64,000 bases of DNA from Candidatus Multivoradales bacterium (GCA_965248925.1 CBDFLE010000006.1:2528001-2592000); one strand, 5' to 3'. Shown: positions 48,448 to 59,807, counted from the first letter of the stretch. Made by a program: numbers and translations. Notes: a model not told the origin generated them from the sequence alone.

Positions 48448-50511
48448 TCAGAGCCCCAACAGGGCGGCGTCCCCACCGGCCAACAGACGAACCATTTCTT
48501 GCAGGAAGTAATCCTCGCGTTCGCGTACCCGAGGATCGATCCGCTCGTCGTACATCTGCCGCGAGCGGTCAACTTCTTCGCGCAAGCGCTCATAGATGTT
48601 GCGATCACGGCGCCCCTCTTCAATGATCTCCTCGTTGTAGAGCTTGATCTCGCTGACCAACAGGCGGGCCAACCGGCGAGCTTCCTCGTGCAGGGCTTCT
48701 TCACCAGGCGCCAATTTGCCCATGGTCGTCTGGCCGGTGGAAAAGGCCAGGCCGGGACCGGTCAAGTCCAACGGCGGCTTAACCTCCGTGCTAGCCGCCG
48801 AAGAGGGCTGTGACGCTGGCGTCACAGTGGACGGCACGGCCGGGATCGGTGGAGCGGCGGCAAAACCGGCCGATGGCGGTGGTTCCGCGCCTGAAAAGGC
48901 TGGCATCCCGAGCACCGTTGGATCCTCACTGTCGATTGGATCCTCACTGTCGATCTCCCCACCCGCCGCCTTCTCGGGCTCTAGTTCGAAGCCGGTCTCA
49001 AGCTGCGGGTCGAGGGACGGGCGCTCCATAACGTGAGTGTCGTCATCAGAGATGGTGAGCACCGGAGAGGTATCGTCCTCGGTCAGCACCGCAGTATCGT
49101 CGAGCGGCGACGCAAAACCGCCGCTCGACTCGAGTTGCACAGCATCGATGCGCACCGTCTGCTGACCCGCGGCGGCGGTTTCGAGCGGCGACGGATCAGA
49201 AGTGCGTCCCACCACCGGCGGCAACTCGGCTTCCTCTTCTTCTTCGAGCCACAGCTCAGAGCTGTCTTCGAGTTCGAGTTCGACCTCGGGTTCGATCAGT
49301 TCCGCACTGGTATCGGCGGTCTGGAACAAGTCGGCTTCAGACGCCACCGCGGTTCTCACGCTGCTATCAGCCGCCGGAGGATCCTCCTCTAACTTGATCA
49401 CTTCGGTGACTCCAGTCACCGACTCGCCAATCTCCTCTTCCTCTTCAGCGCTGGCGAATGCCCCTTCGCCGGTCTCAATGACCGAGGTGTCCGGTGCCTC
49501 GCTGGCCTCAGACTCCTCTTCGTCACGGGTGGGCACTGCCACGGTAGCGGGCTCTTCATCCAGCGCGGATTCGGCCAGGTCCTCTTCGATCTGAGGCTCC
49601 AGACTGAAGGATGCAGTCTCCGCGGGTTCATCGAGGTCAGGATCCTCAGCCGCAACTTCGGGGTGGGAATCGGGCTCGGCGGCGACTTCTGCGACCGAGT
49701 CCTCGATGGCGATGGCGGCGGCTCCAGCGACCAGCGCCGCGTCAGTCGCCGATTTCTCTTCGGCAGCCACCGAATCATCTTCGGTTTCAACTTCGACCGC
49801 GTCGAGGCGCAATGTCGGCGAGCCGTCGGCGCCGCGGAAGGCCAAGGTCTCGAGCGCTTCGGCGGCAGCGTGGGTGAGGAGCTGCAAGCCTTCGATCTCA
49901 AGCGCGCTTTCGCCCTCGGTGCTGTCCGCATAGAGCGCTCCCGCCAGTTGGCCGCGGAGCACGAAAGGCACCAGGACTCCCTGGCCCGGCACTTCGGCAT
50001 CGATTTGCGCACTCAAGCGGGCGCAGTCGCCAGCACTCAGCCGCAACACCCCGCGGCCGGGACCAAACTCGGCCCAAGTACCGCTACCGCCATGCGCGAA
50101 GGCCAGTCCAGCGAGTCGTTCGTCGCTGCTGCCAAAGCCCCCCCCCCCCCAACCCACCATACCGTCCGGATGATTGAGGAAGAAGGCCGCCCGGCCCGAA
50201 TACTGCCGCGCCCCGTCGACCAAGGTGCCGAGAATTGTCGACTGCTCGCTCTGACCGTTGATCTTGGTGATGGCGGCCAACAGCCCAGGCAACCCCGGTC
50301 CACTGGGCTCGGCCAGCTGGACTTTGTCGCGGGCTTCGATCTCGGCGATCAACTGCGCGAGTTCGTCGCTCTGGCGAAACTTGTCACCTGCCTGCTGGCG
50401 GAACTCTTCGAGGACTCGGTCGAGCACTGCGGACAAGCCTTGTTCCAGGCGACCGCGCCGATCGGGCCCCTGTTCTCCGGTCGGTGCTGATGATTGCGGC
50501 GACTCCGACAT
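48448..50511 (-). CDS. GAF-like domain, acidic linker and RomX-like C-terminal domain
   Basis: VLVPFVLRGQLAGALYAD; long D/E-rich tract; ARRLARLLVSEIKLYN; ATG 50511 after GGAGGAG. Confidence 0.75.
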   Translation of the reverse strand: MSESPQSSAPTGEQGPDRRGRLEQGLSAVLDRVLEEFRQQAGDKFRQSDELAQLIAEIEARDKVQLAEPSGPGLPGLLAAITKINGQSEQSTILGTLVDGARQYSGRAAFFLNHPDGMVGWGGGGFGSSDERLAGLAFAHGGSGTWAEFGPGRGVLRLSAGDCARLSAQIDAEVPGQGVLVPFVLRGQLAGALYADSTEGESALEIEGLQLLTHAAAEALETLAFRGADGSPTLRLDAVEVETEDDSVAAEEKSATDAALVAGAAAIAIEDSVAEVAAEPDSHPEVAAEDPDLDEPAETASFSLEPQIEEDLAESALDEEPATVAVPTRDEEESEASEAPDTSVIETGEGAFASAEEEEEIGESVTGVTEVIKLEEDPPAADSSVRTAVASEADLFQTADTSAELIEPEVELELEDSSELWLEEEEEAELPPVVGRTSDPSPLETAAAGQQTVRIDAVQLESSGGFASPLDDTAVLTEDDTSPVLTISDDDTHVMERPSLDPQLETGFELEPEKAAGGEIDSEDPIDSEDPTVLGMPAFSGAEPPPSAGFAAAPPIPAVPSTVTPASQPSSAASTEVKPPLDLTGPGLAFSTGQTTMGKLAPGEEALHEEARRLARLLVSEIKLYNEEIIEEGRRDRNIYERLREEVDRSRQMYDERIDPRVREREDYFLQEMVRLLAGGDAALLGL

Positions 50512-50903
50512 AGCGTTTGCTCCTCCGACGAGCGATCGTCTCAAACTCATGAAAACCCAGTCGATTATGCGGCGTGTGACAGCTGGTTTGGTGAAGACCA
50601 CCGATTATTTTTCAAGCCAGCTTCGGTGTCAAGGCAGGTTCAAGATGCGAAACCCTTGTTTTGCGGGCACTTACGACTCTGAAGCCCAATACTTAAGCAG
50701 TTCGGCCCCTGTGGCGGGCGGTTGTCGATGATTTCGGCCCTGTGGTAGCCTCCGCCGAATTACTGGCTTCATCGATCTGATGTCCTTCGCAGATGCGGCG
50801 GACGCGCTACGTGAGCATGACCCGCGACTCGGCGAATGGTCCTGTCGGAGGTCGCCAAGAGAAGCCCTAAACCCCGGAAGTCATTAGTTTCAAGGAGATT
50901 GGC

Positions 50904-51722
50904 ATGCGATCACGACGCTCCCTGCTCGCCTTTTGCAGCCTGATGATACTGGCTCTCGGCCTGATGGCCTGCGGCAGTACAGAAGAAACCGCTCAGGTCG
51001 TCCACGATCCCGCCGAATGGCAGGCGCTGCAGGATGCCCAGCAGGCACTAAATGGCAAACGTCAAGAACTCGCCAACTTGCGGGCGGTCATCGACGGCTC
51101 GGCCAGCGATGAGATCGCGGCAGGTTTCGCCGAGATCGCCGAAGAAGAGTTCAGCGTCAACGCCGAAGCCGTCAACGAAGAAGTGGTTGACATGGCTTTC
51201 GATTTCGTCGGCGGCCTGGTCGAGTTCATCAACAAGAGCATCAACGCCGACGGTGAAGAGACCGAGATTCACCATCTGGCGATCCGTATGAAGAGCGACG
51301 AAGACCTGGCGACCGGCCACGATTTCATCGACCGCGGCGGTGAGTACCAGCGGGCGATCGACATCTTCCAGCAGTCCCTCGCTTTCGATCCCGAGTACCA
51401 GGCACTGCACGATGCCATCGCCAGCGCCAACGATCTACGTTTCATGTCCGAAGAACGCTTCGCCGAGGTCAAGAAGAAGATGACCCAGGCCGAAGTTCGC
51501 AAGCTGCTCGGAGCCCTCAAAGGCACCAACATTCAAGAGTTTCCCAACCGCAACGTCGTTGGCTGGTTCTATCGCAAAGACAACGGCGGTGCAGCCGCGG
51601 TCTACTTCAAGGAAAAGCGCAAGGACGACGGTAATTGGGCAGTCTATGAAGCCGACTACGACGCCATCAAGCCGAAGGTGATCAGTAGCGACGGTAGCGA
51701 AGAAGGGGCAGCAGACGGTTAG
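50904..51722 (+). CDS. Lipoprotein with TPR-like helices and SmpA/BamE-like domain
   Basis: LMAC lipobox; VKKKMTQAEVRKLLG...WFY. Confidence 0.7.
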   Translation: MRSRRSLLAFCSLMILALGLMACGSTEETAQVVHDPAEWQALQDAQQALNGKRQELANLRAVIDGSASDEIAAGFAEIAEEEFSVNAEAVNEEVVDMAFDFVGGLVEFINKSINADGEETEIHHLAIRMKSDEDLATGHDFIDRGGEYQRAIDIFQQSLAFDPEYQALHDAIASANDLRFMSEERFAEVKKKMTQAEVRKLLGALKGTNIQEFPNRNVVGWFYRKDNGGAAAVYFKEKRKDDGNWAVYEADYDAIKPKVISSDGSEEGAADG

Positions 51723-51924
51723 TCTCCCCTGCTTGCCAACTGCCGGCTGGGTGCGATGCGACCGGTCGGCCGCTGGATTGCGGTTGAAGTCTTGACTTCT
51801 GCTTGAGGTTGGCCGACACTACGCGTCCGAGGTTTGTCTCCTACGGGGGGTTGTGCGCTCTTTTTGAGCGGAAAATCACCCGGCGGCGCCTCAGAAAAAG
51901 CAAAGAAGGCGAGGTGATTTACAC

Positions 51925-52131
51925 ATGCCTATCGTACACATCCGCGACGAAGAGAGTTTTGAGAATGCTCTGCGTCGTTTCAAACGGAAGTGTGAGAAGG
52001 CCGGCATCCTGACCGAGCTGAAGAAGCGGCAACACTTCGAGAAGCCGTCGGTCAAACGTAAGCGCAAGCTGGTGCAAGCACGCAAAAAGATGATGCGTAA
52101 GCTGGCTGAGGAGCGTCGTCTGGGCCTGTGA
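51925..52131 (+). CDS. rpsU: 30S ribosomal protein S21
   Basis: [20 protein letters not shown]...[10 protein letters not shown]. Confidence 0.97.
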   Translation: MPIVHIRDEESFENALRRFKRKCEKAGILTELKKRQHFEKPSVKRKRKLVQARKKMMRKLAEERRLGL

Positions 52132-52154
52132 GCCCAGGGTCGCAGCGCGACGAG

Positions 52155-52196
52155 AGCGGGAGCCTGGGTCTATAGCCCAGCTCCCGCTTTTTTCTT
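52155..52196 (+). terminator. Intrinsic terminator after rpsU
   Basis: AGCGGGAGCCTGGG-loop-CCCAGCTCCCGCT followed by TTTTTCTT. Confidence 0.8.
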
Positions 52197-52259
52197 GGCC
52201 CAGGGCGCGGTCCTGCTGCCTTGGCGTCCACTTCCTATCGCTCCCGAGCCCCCTGTGCC

Positions 52260-54710
52260 ATGGCTAGCCACCAAGACAACCACCAAGACTCCGCAACGGC
52301 GGCCGAATTCGTACTTTCTCAGACCACCGCGGTCGCCCTGGAGCTACCCGAAACCCTCCGCATGGTAGCTGCCGCGGCTGCTACAGACCTCGGCCAGGAG
52401 CGCTGTCTGGCCTTGTGGCCGACAGCCGACCGCGAGCTGCTGCGGCAGACTCGGCGCCGCTACGAGGAAGTCGAGCGCTTGCTCGCGGCAGCGCCCTTGG
52501 TGCCCTATTGTGACCAGAAGTTCGCACCGCTGCTCGGTGCCTTGGCCCACAGTAGGCGAGATATCGACGGCAAAGAGCTGGTGGAGATCGGCGCTCTGTT
52601 GCAAACCGGCCAACGTGCACGGCAACGGATCAACTCCGCCGATCCTACCTGCCCCGAGCTGGTCGAGCGATTGGCAGAGGTCCCCTCGGGTGAATCCCTG
52701 CGTCTCGCTCTCGAACGCACCTTCGACCCTCGTGGCGAGATCCGCGAGGACGCCACTCCGGCTTTGGCCAAGCTGCGCCGCCGCATCCGCAGCGTCCGCC
52801 AAGACATCTACCAGAACCTTCAGACCCTGGTCGGCACCCATCGCGAGCACCTCAGCGAGGACACCATTCCGATGCGCGGTGGCCGCCTGGTGTTGATGCT
52901 CCAGGCGGGTTCGCGAGGTCGGGTCTCGGGTCTCACCCATGGCCGTTCCGGCCGTGGCAAGAGCTTCTACTTCGAACCCCTAGAGGCGGTCGAGGACAAC
53001 AACCGCCTACAACAGTCGGTCGAAGAAGAGGCCGCGGAGAGGCGACGCATTCTGGCGCAAATGATCGACCACCTGCGCCGCGAGCTACCCACCGTCGTCG
53101 CCCACGGAGAGCTGGTGGCGGAACTCGATGCTCTGCAAGCCGCGGTACGCTTCGCCCAAGGTTGCGACGGTCGCCTGGCGGAAATAGGTGAAAGACATCA
53201 GCTCAAACTGCTCGGAGCCCGCCATCCCTTGCTCGAGCCCAGGCTCGCCGAGCTGCGCCAACGGGCTCTCGGCACCCCTGGACACAGTGACCCCGTGGTC
53301 CCCCTCGAACTCGAGTTCTCGGCCGCCGCCTATGGCTTGGTAATCACCGGCCCCAACGCCGGTGGCAAGACCGTGGCGCTCAAGACCACTGGTTTGCTCG
53401 CCCTCTTGCACCAATGCGGCCTGCCGATTCCGGCCGGCAAGGGCAGCCGCCTGCCGCCACTGAGCGCGGTGGTAGCAGCGGTCGGTGACGAGCAAGATCT
53501 GCTCGCCGATCGCTCCACTTTCAGCGGTCGTCTGCTGCGCTTGCGCGATGCCTGGCAAGCAGCCGGCGAAGATAGCCTGTTGCTGATCGACGAGCTGGGA
53601 TCGGGCACCGACCCGGAGGAAGGCGCGGCTCTCTCAGTGGCGCTGCTCGAAGGCCTCATCGAACGCCGCGCTCTGACCTTGATCACCACCCATCTCAGCC
53701 AGGTAGCGGCGGCAGCTCTAGAACTCAAGGGCGCGAGCTGCGCGGCGATGCAATTCGACTCTTCGAGCGGTGCCCCGACCTACCGCCTGCTCACCGGCCC
53801 TCCGGGGGGCAGCGAAGCCCTGGCATTGGCTCGCCGATTGCGACTACCCGATGCCTGGTTGAACCGCGCCAAAGAATTGCTCGGTCCCGAGCACCGCGAT
53901 CTGCGCCGCTTGCTGGCTGAGGTCGAGCGCGCTCGTGAGCAGCTCGAAGACACCCAACGGGAGCTCGCCGCCGAGCAACAGGACGCCGAGTTACTACGCC
54001 GCCGCTTGGCCGACGAACTCGAGCAAGCCAGCGGCGAACGCAAGCTCTTGAGCAAAAATCTGCGCAGCGAAATGGCGGCCTTCCGCACCGAGGTGCAGAA
54101 GAAGCTGCGTAGCGAGATCGACCGTTTGCAGCGGGAGGTGCGGGGAGGCAAGGCAAGACGTTCCACTGCCCAGGCGGTGGAACGATTGTTCGACCAAGCC
54201 CCACGCCTGGCGACCGACGACGACGACGCGCCCAGCGGTGAAATCTACGTCGGTGCCACGGTGCGCCACAGACTGTTGGAGTGGACGGGCGAACTTGAGA
54301 AGCTCAACCGCGGTCGCGCCCAGGTGCGGGTCCACGGCAAAACCTTACGCTGTACCGGCGAGGAACTAACCCTGGTGGCGGCGGCCGACTCAGCCAAACC
54401 CCACCGACCTCGCCGACCCCCCACCAGCATCCGTTCGACCAACGATCTCGAAGATTCCGGCCCCGGTACGGAACTCAAACTGATCGGCCTGCGAGTCGAG
54501 CCGGCGATGGAAACTCTCGATCGCTTTCTCGACCAGGCGCTAATGGGTTCACCAGGCGAGGTGCGGATCATCCATGGCCACGGCTCCGGGCGCCTGCGCC
54601 GCGCCGTACGCGAACAGCTGAAACGCCACCCCGCGGTAGCCTCGCAACGCCCCGGCGGCGACGGTGAAGGCGGCGACGGCGCGACGGTAGTAAAGCTCCG
54701 CGATGCTTGA
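52260..54710 (+). CDS. mutS2: Endonuclease MutS2 with Smr domain
   Basis: ITGPNAGGKT, DELGSGTDPEEG, IIHGHGSGRLR. Confidence 0.93.
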   Translation: MASHQDNHQDSATAAEFVLSQTTAVALELPETLRMVAAAAATDLGQERCLALWPTADRELLRQTRRRYEEVERLLAAAPLVPYCDQKFAPLLGALAHSRRDIDGKELVEIGALLQTGQRARQRINSADPTCPELVERLAEVPSGESLRLALERTFDPRGEIREDATPALAKLRRRIRSVRQDIYQNLQTLVGTHREHLSEDTIPMRGGRLVLMLQAGSRGRVSGLTHGRSGRGKSFYFEPLEAVEDNNRLQQSVEEEAAERRRILAQMIDHLRRELPTVVAHGELVAELDALQAAVRFAQGCDGRLAEIGERHQLKLLGARHPLLEPRLAELRQRALGTPGHSDPVVPLELEFSAAAYGLVITGPNAGGKTVALKTTGLLALLHQCGLPIPAGKGSRLPPLSAVVAAVGDEQDLLADRSTFSGRLLRLRDAWQAAGEDSLLLIDELGSGTDPEEGAALSVALLEGLIERRALTLITTHLSQVAAAALELKGASCAAMQFDSSSGAPTYRLLTGPPGGSEALALARRLRLPDAWLNRAKELLGPEHRDLRRLLAEVERAREQLEDTQRELAAEQQDAELLRRRLADELEQASGERKLLSKNLRSEMAAFRTEVQKKLRSEIDRLQREVRGGKARRSTAQAVERLFDQAPRLATDDDDAPSGEIYVGATVRHRLLEWTGELEKLNRGRAQVRVHGKTLRCTGEELTLVAAADSAKPHRPRRPPTSIRSTNDLEDSGPGTELKLIGLRVEPAMETLDRFLDQALMGSPGEVRIIHGHGSGRLRRAVREQLKRHPAVASQRPGGDGEGGDGATVVKLRDA

Positions 54711-54739
54711 GTCCGCGGCAGCGAGGAGCCAGAAGATAG

Positions 54740-56503
54740 ATGGCCAGCGGTAGCAGCAGGCTCGCCCAGGGAGTCGTCGAGGCGGTGCGCGAGGCGGTGG
54801 ACATCCTCGACATTGCCGGCGATGCCACTCGGCTGAAGAAACGCGGTAATCGCTACCTGGGTCTGTGCCCTTTCCACAAAGAAAAATCTCCCTCCTTCAG
54901 CGTCGACCCCGACCAAGGACTGTTCTACTGCTTTGGCTGCGGCGCCGGTGGCGATGCCATCCGCTTGCACCAGCAACTCAGCGGCGATGATTTCTTAGAC
55001 GCCATCGAAGCCTTGGCTAGACGCTATGGCATCGCTATCCAGCACACGGCCGACTCCCGGTCCGACGGCCCGACACAGCGGATCGGCCCGGCGCTAGAAG
55101 CCGCGGCAGAGTTCTTCCGCCACGCCTTAGGTCGCAGCGAAGTAGCGCGCAACTACCTCGAGCGGCGGCGCATTCCTCCCGACCTGGCGGAACACTTCGA
55201 GCTTGGCTACGCCCCCGACGGTTGGCGCCACCTGCTGACCGCGATCGGCGAGCGCGTGCCGCCGCAGGCCCTCGAGGCAGCGGGCTTGATCGCAACTCCC
55301 GAGAACGGGGGTCAACCCTACGATCGGTTTCGCAATCGGCTGATCTTTCCCATCCACTCGCCCATTGGCCGGTTGGTGGGTTTCGGCGGCCGCACCCTAG
55401 GTGACGACCGCGCCAAGTACATCAACACCCGCGAGACCGAGCAATTCCACAAAGGCAAGCTGCTCTACGGTTTTCACCAGGCCAAGAAGTCGCTGCGCGA
55501 GGGCCGCAAGGCGGTCTTGGTCGAGGGCTACACCGATGTCATGGCCGCCGCCGCCGCCGGCATCGACTACGCGGTCGCCGGCATGGGCACCGCCCTTACC
55601 GCCGAACAAGCTCGGCTGCTGGCCCGCTATGCCGATGAGGTGATATTGGGCTATGACGGCGACGAGGCGGGACAGAAGGCCGCGAGCCGATCACTGCCGT
55701 TGCTCCTCGCCGAAGGTCTGGCGGTGCGCCGCGCGCGCTTCCCGGCCGGCCACGATCCAGACTCCGTGCGCCTGGCCGAAGGGCCGCACGCGGTCACCGA
55801 GATTATCGAAGCCGCCGACGACGCGGTGTGGGACGCGATTCTCAAGCGGGTGCCGGCGGCGAAAGGTCGGACACCGATTCAGGTGCAACGAGCGGCGCAA
55901 GAGATCGTCACCTTGCTCAATATCATTCGCGACCCTATCGTCCGCAAGCAGTACGGCCGGCGGGCCGCTGAGCGGCTTGGCGCCGAGCGTGACTTGATCG
56001 TCAACCCGCACGGGGTCAGTGTTTTCAAGCCACAGCTAGCCCGCGAAACCTCGAACTACGAGGAAACCATCCTGCGGATGCTGCTCGATGCCCAACAACC
56101 GACCCCGACCCTCGACCTGCTACCCCCGGCGGAAGCTTTTTTTTCCTCGCCCGCGAGGAATATTTTCAGTGCTTTCTGCGCTCTATATAAGCAGAGGGAC
56201 GGCATACCGCCAACCCCGGGAGAAGTCAGGGCGAGTCTGGGCGGCGACGAGAGTGCAGATGAGGGCGCTATTGACCTGCTGGCCAGGATTCTGCTAAAAC
56301 AGTCCGATTCGGGTGATGGACGGCTCGAGGACGCCCTCACCCCTCTTCGCAAGCGCTGGGTCGACGAAAAAAGACGCGAGCTGAATCGGCTGATCAAACA
56401 AGCCGACATGCGTAAAGACCACACTGAACTCGCCCGCCTGCTCGAAGAAAAGAAGGATCTCAATCTAGCCCGGCATCCTGAAATGACCGGAAAGTTTTGG
56501 TAG
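54740..56503 (+). CDS. dnaG: DNA primase
   Basis: CPFHKEKSPSF, CFGC, DRFRNRLIFPI, VEGYTDV, YDGDEAG. Confidence 0.97.
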   Translation: MASGSSRLAQGVVEAVREAVDILDIAGDATRLKKRGNRYLGLCPFHKEKSPSFSVDPDQGLFYCFGCGAGGDAIRLHQQLSGDDFLDAIEALARRYGIAIQHTADSRSDGPTQRIGPALEAAAEFFRHALGRSEVARNYLERRRIPPDLAEHFELGYAPDGWRHLLTAIGERVPPQALEAAGLIATPENGGQPYDRFRNRLIFPIHSPIGRLVGFGGRTLGDDRAKYINTRETEQFHKGKLLYGFHQAKKSLREGRKAVLVEGYTDVMAAAAAGIDYAVAGMGTALTAEQARLLARYADEVILGYDGDEAGQKAASRSLPLLLAEGLAVRRARFPAGHDPDSVRLAEGPHAVTEIIEAADDAVWDAILKRVPAAKGRTPIQVQRAAQEIVTLLNIIRDPIVRKQYGRRAAERLGAERDLIVNPHGVSVFKPQLARETSNYEETILRMLLDAQQPTPTLDLLPPAEAFFSSPARNIFSAFCALYKQRDGIPPTPGEVRASLGGDESADEGAIDLLARILLKQSDSGDGRLEDALTPLRKRWVDEKRRELNRLIKQADMRKDHTELARLLEEKKDLNLARHPEMTGKFW

Positions 56504-56570
56504 GCCTTAACCGCCTACCTCGTCCTGTGGCGATGAGAGAATTCTCCACTAGCGCGCTTAGGAGTAGAAA

Positions 56571-58289
56571 GTGGCAGCCTCTAAGATAGTCGACAAAGAC
56601 GCTTCGGTCGAGGAGCGTTATAGCTCTGTGCGACAGCTCATCGAACTCGGGCAGGGTAAGGGATACCTGCTCTTCGATGAAATCTACGAGATGCTCCCGG
56701 ACGAGGTCGTCGGCTTGCCCGACGAGCTGGAAGAGGTCTACAAACGCCTCGGCCAGCTGAGCATCAATGTCATCGACCGGCCGGAGCGGTTTCAAAATCG
56801 TGAAGATGTCGACGCCATGCCGGTTGGCGATTTCGACAAGAAGGAAGAGGAGCAACAGGAGTTTGCCCTCACCGAGCACGAGAAGACCAACGACCCGGTA
56901 CGCATGTACCTGCGCGAGATGGGTACCGTTCCGCTGCTCGATCGCGAAGGAGAGGTCGAGATCGCCCAACGCATCGAGAATGGCGAATGGGTGATCTACG
57001 AGGCTCTGTGCATCAACCCGGTGGTGTTGCGGGAGCTGTTGCGGCTCAATGAGTTAGCGCAGAAGGATCAGCGGATCCTGAAGGAGCTTATCGCCAGCGA
57101 TCCGGACGAGCCCCTCGATTCCAAGGCTTCTGACCGGGTCAAGAAGAATCTGAAGATCTTCGATCACATCGGCGAGCACGATCACAAGATCCAAAAACTG
57201 CGCGACGAGCAGGGCGCGGTCGAGGAGAAGGATCCCAAGTACAGCGAACTTGAGCGCGACATCGATCGCTACCTGGCGAAGATCGCCAAGGACATCCGCT
57301 CGATCGACTTCAGCGTCCAGACCCGCAACCGCATGGTCGAGCTGTTGCGCGACATCCATCGCGAGTTCTCACGCCTGCACAGCGATCTGCGCCGCGCCCG
57401 CAGGGCGGTCGAACGCGAGACCAACGACGAACTGCGCGCCCTGCAACGGCGACGGATCGACAAATACACCAACAAGCTGGCCGATCTCGAGCAACGCTAC
57501 GGCACCACTTATAACCAAGTGTCACGGACCATCGAGCGTATTCGCCATGGGGAGCGCGAGTGCGAACGGGCCAAGGAACAGCTGATCGTCGCTAATCTGC
57601 GACTGGTGGTTTCGATCGCCAAGAAGTACACCAACCGTGGTTTGCAGTTCCTCGACCTGATCCAGGAAGGCAATATTGGTCTGATGAAGGCGGTCGAGAA
57701 GTTCGAGTACCGCCGCGGCTACAAGTTCTCGACCTACGCCACCTGGTGGATCCGCCAGGCGATTACCCGCGCTATTGCCGACCAGGCGCGCACCATTCGC
57801 ATCCCAGTCCACATGATCGAGACGATCAACAAGCTCACCCGCACCAGCCGTTCGTTGGTGCAGGAGCTGGGCCGCGAACCCACCGCCGAGGAAATCGGCG
57901 AACGGATGGACTTGTCGGCCTCGAAGGTGCGCAAGATCATGAAGATCGCGCAAGAACCGATCTCGCTCGAAACTCCGATCGGAGAAGAAGAAGATTCGCA
58001 TCTGGGCGATTTCATCGAGGACAAGAACGCGGTCTCACCGATCGAAGCCGTGGTCGGCACCAACTTGAGCGATCAGACGGTGCGGGTCCTCAAGACCCTG
58101 ACCCCGCGCGAGGAGTTGGTGCTGCGCATGCGCTTCGGCGTTGGCGAGCCCTCTGAGCACACCCTCGAAGAAGTCGGCAGATCGTTCTCGGTCACCCGCG
58201 AGCGGATCCGCCAGATCGAGTCCAAGGCGCTGCGCAAACTGCGCCACCCGAGTCGGTCAGCCAAGCTACGGCCCTTTCTCGAGACCTGA
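56571..58289 (+). CDS. rpoD: Primary sigma factor RpoD
   Basis: [57 protein letters not shown]. Confidence 0.98.
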   Translation: MAASKIVDKDASVEERYSSVRQLIELGQGKGYLLFDEIYEMLPDEVVGLPDELEEVYKRLGQLSINVIDRPERFQNREDVDAMPVGDFDKKEEEQQEFALTEHEKTNDPVRMYLREMGTVPLLDREGEVEIAQRIENGEWVIYEALCINPVVLRELLRLNELAQKDQRILKELIASDPDEPLDSKASDRVKKNLKIFDHIGEHDHKIQKLRDEQGAVEEKDPKYSELERDIDRYLAKIAKDIRSIDFSVQTRNRMVELLRDIHREFSRLHSDLRRARRAVERETNDELRALQRRRIDKYTNKLADLEQRYGTTYNQVSRTIERIRHGERECERAKEQLIVANLRLVVSIAKKYTNRGLQFLDLIQEGNIGLMKAVEKFEYRRGYKFSTYATWWIRQAITRAIADQARTIRIPVHMIETINKLTRTSRSLVQELGREPTAEEIGERMDLSASKVRKIMKIAQEPISLETPIGEEEDSHLGDFIEDKNAVSPIEAVVGTNLSDQTVRVLKTLTPREELVLRMRFGVGEPSEHTLEEVGRSFSVTRERIRQIESKALRKLRHPSRSAKLRPFLET

Positions 58290-58315
58290 TCGAGGACTCT
58301 GAGGTACTTTCCTTC

Positions 58316-58341
58316 ACGGCGGGCCGCGGCCCGCCGTTTTT
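58316..58341 (+). terminator. Intrinsic terminator after rpoD
   Basis: ACGGCGGGC-CGCG-GCCCGCCGT followed by a T run. Confidence 0.75.
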
Positions 58342-58433
58342 GCAGGGCGCCGCTTGCGTCAGAAGCGGAGCGGTGAGGCGCCGAGCCGCGGTTGGGATAC
58401 CATCCGGTCACACTCTGGATCGGAGCCCTGGTT

Positions 58434-59768
58434 ATGAAACACCGTCTTTCCTTGCTCGAACGCCTTGGTCTGCACCGGCCCGAACTACGTGCCTGGGCAC
58501 TCTACGATTGGGCCAATTCGGCCTTCATCCTGATCGTTGTCACCGCTGTCTTCCCGATCTACTTTCAGCAAGTGGCGGGCAAGGGTCTGGACCCGGACCT
58601 AGCCACGGCTCGTTTTGGCCTCGGCACTACCGTGGCGCTGGTGATCGTGGCGTTGCTGTCGCCGATCCTCGGCGCGGTGGGCGACTTCCTGGCGATTCGC
58701 AAGCGACTGCTGGCCAGCTTCTTGGTCCTCGGCGCGCTGTCAACGGCAGGCCTGTATTTTGTCGGCCAGGGCGACTGGAAGCTCGGCCTGGTGCTCTTCA
58801 TGCTAGGCAATATCGGGGTTTCGACCAGCTTCGTGTTCTACGATTCCCTGCTGCCTCACATCGCTCAAGGTGACGAGATCGACCGCGTTTCTACTGCCGG
58901 CTACGCCCTTGGTTACCTCGGCAGCGGTCTTTTGCTGGTCGGTTGCTTGGCGGTGATCCAGCAGCCCCAGCGCTTCGGACTGGCCGATGGCGGGGTGGCC
59001 ACCCGACTGACCTTCATTGCCGTCGCTCTGTGGTACGCCGGCTTCGCAATTCCCTTGCTGCGCCGGGTGCCCGAGCCATCACGGGCCATCGAAACCGACG
59101 AGGAGGTCGGCGAGAGCCTTCTCAAGGTCGCCTTCACTCGCCTCGGCGAGACCTTCCGCGAGCTGCGCGGCGACTACAGCCAGGCGTTTCGCATGCTGCT
59201 GGCGGTACTGATCTACAACGACGGCATCGGCACCATTATCCGCCTGGCGGCGATCTACGCCACCGGTCAGGGCTTACCCCAAGAACAGGTCATCGCCGCC
59301 ATCTTGCTGGTGCAGTTCATCGGCATCCCCTTTGCCTTCGGGTTTGGTGTCTTGGCCGGCAAGATCGGCGCCAAGAATGCCATCTTGCTCGCCCTAGGGG
59401 TCTATTTAGTGATTGCCGTGGTGGCCTTCAAGATGGACACGGTGAAGGAGTTCTACCTGCTGGCCATCCTGGTGGCGATGGTCCAGGGAGGGGCCCAAGC
59501 CCTGTCGCGGTCGCTCTTCGCTTCGATGATCCCCAAACATAAGGCGTCGGAGTTCTTCGGCTTTTTCGCCGTCTTCGAGAAGTTTGCCGGCATCTTTGGC
59601 CCAGCGATCTTCACCCTGATGATCACCCTGACCGGCTCCAGCCGCCACGCCATTTTGTCGGTAGTAATTTTCTTTGTCGTCGGCGGTGCTCTACTGGTGA
59701 CCGTCGATGTCGATCGAGGCCGCCGCCAGGCGCGCCAAGCCGAAGCCCGCCTAGTGGCCACCAGCTGA
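58434..59768 (+). CDS. MFS transporter (UMF1/Atg22-like)
   Basis: AWALYDWANSAF, FYDSLLP, QALSRSLF. Confidence 0.9.
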   Translation: MKHRLSLLERLGLHRPELRAWALYDWANSAFILIVVTAVFPIYFQQVAGKGLDPDLATARFGLGTTVALVIVALLSPILGAVGDFLAIRKRLLASFLVLGALSTAGLYFVGQGDWKLGLVLFMLGNIGVSTSFVFYDSLLPHIAQGDEIDRVSTAGYALGYLGSGLLLVGCLAVIQQPQRFGLADGGVATRLTFIAVALWYAGFAIPLLRRVPEPSRAIETDEEVGESLLKVAFTRLGETFRELRGDYSQAFRMLLAVLIYNDGIGTIIRLAAIYATGQGLPQEQVIAAILLVQFIGIPFAFGFGVLAGKIGAKNAILLALGVYLVIAVVAFKMDTVKEFYLLAILVAMVQGGAQALSRSLFASMIPKHKASEFFGFFAVFEKFAGIFGPAIFTLMITLTGSSRHAILSVVIFFVVGGALLVTVDVDRGRRQARQAEARLVATS

Positions 59769-59807
59769 CCGGGCTGGGCAAACGAGGCAGCTGGCGATTG
59801 GCCTAGA

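Noticed and set aside
48918-48953. 18-bp tandem duplication (IDSEDP x2)
   Set aside because: In-frame slippage in a low-complexity linker; no sign of function.
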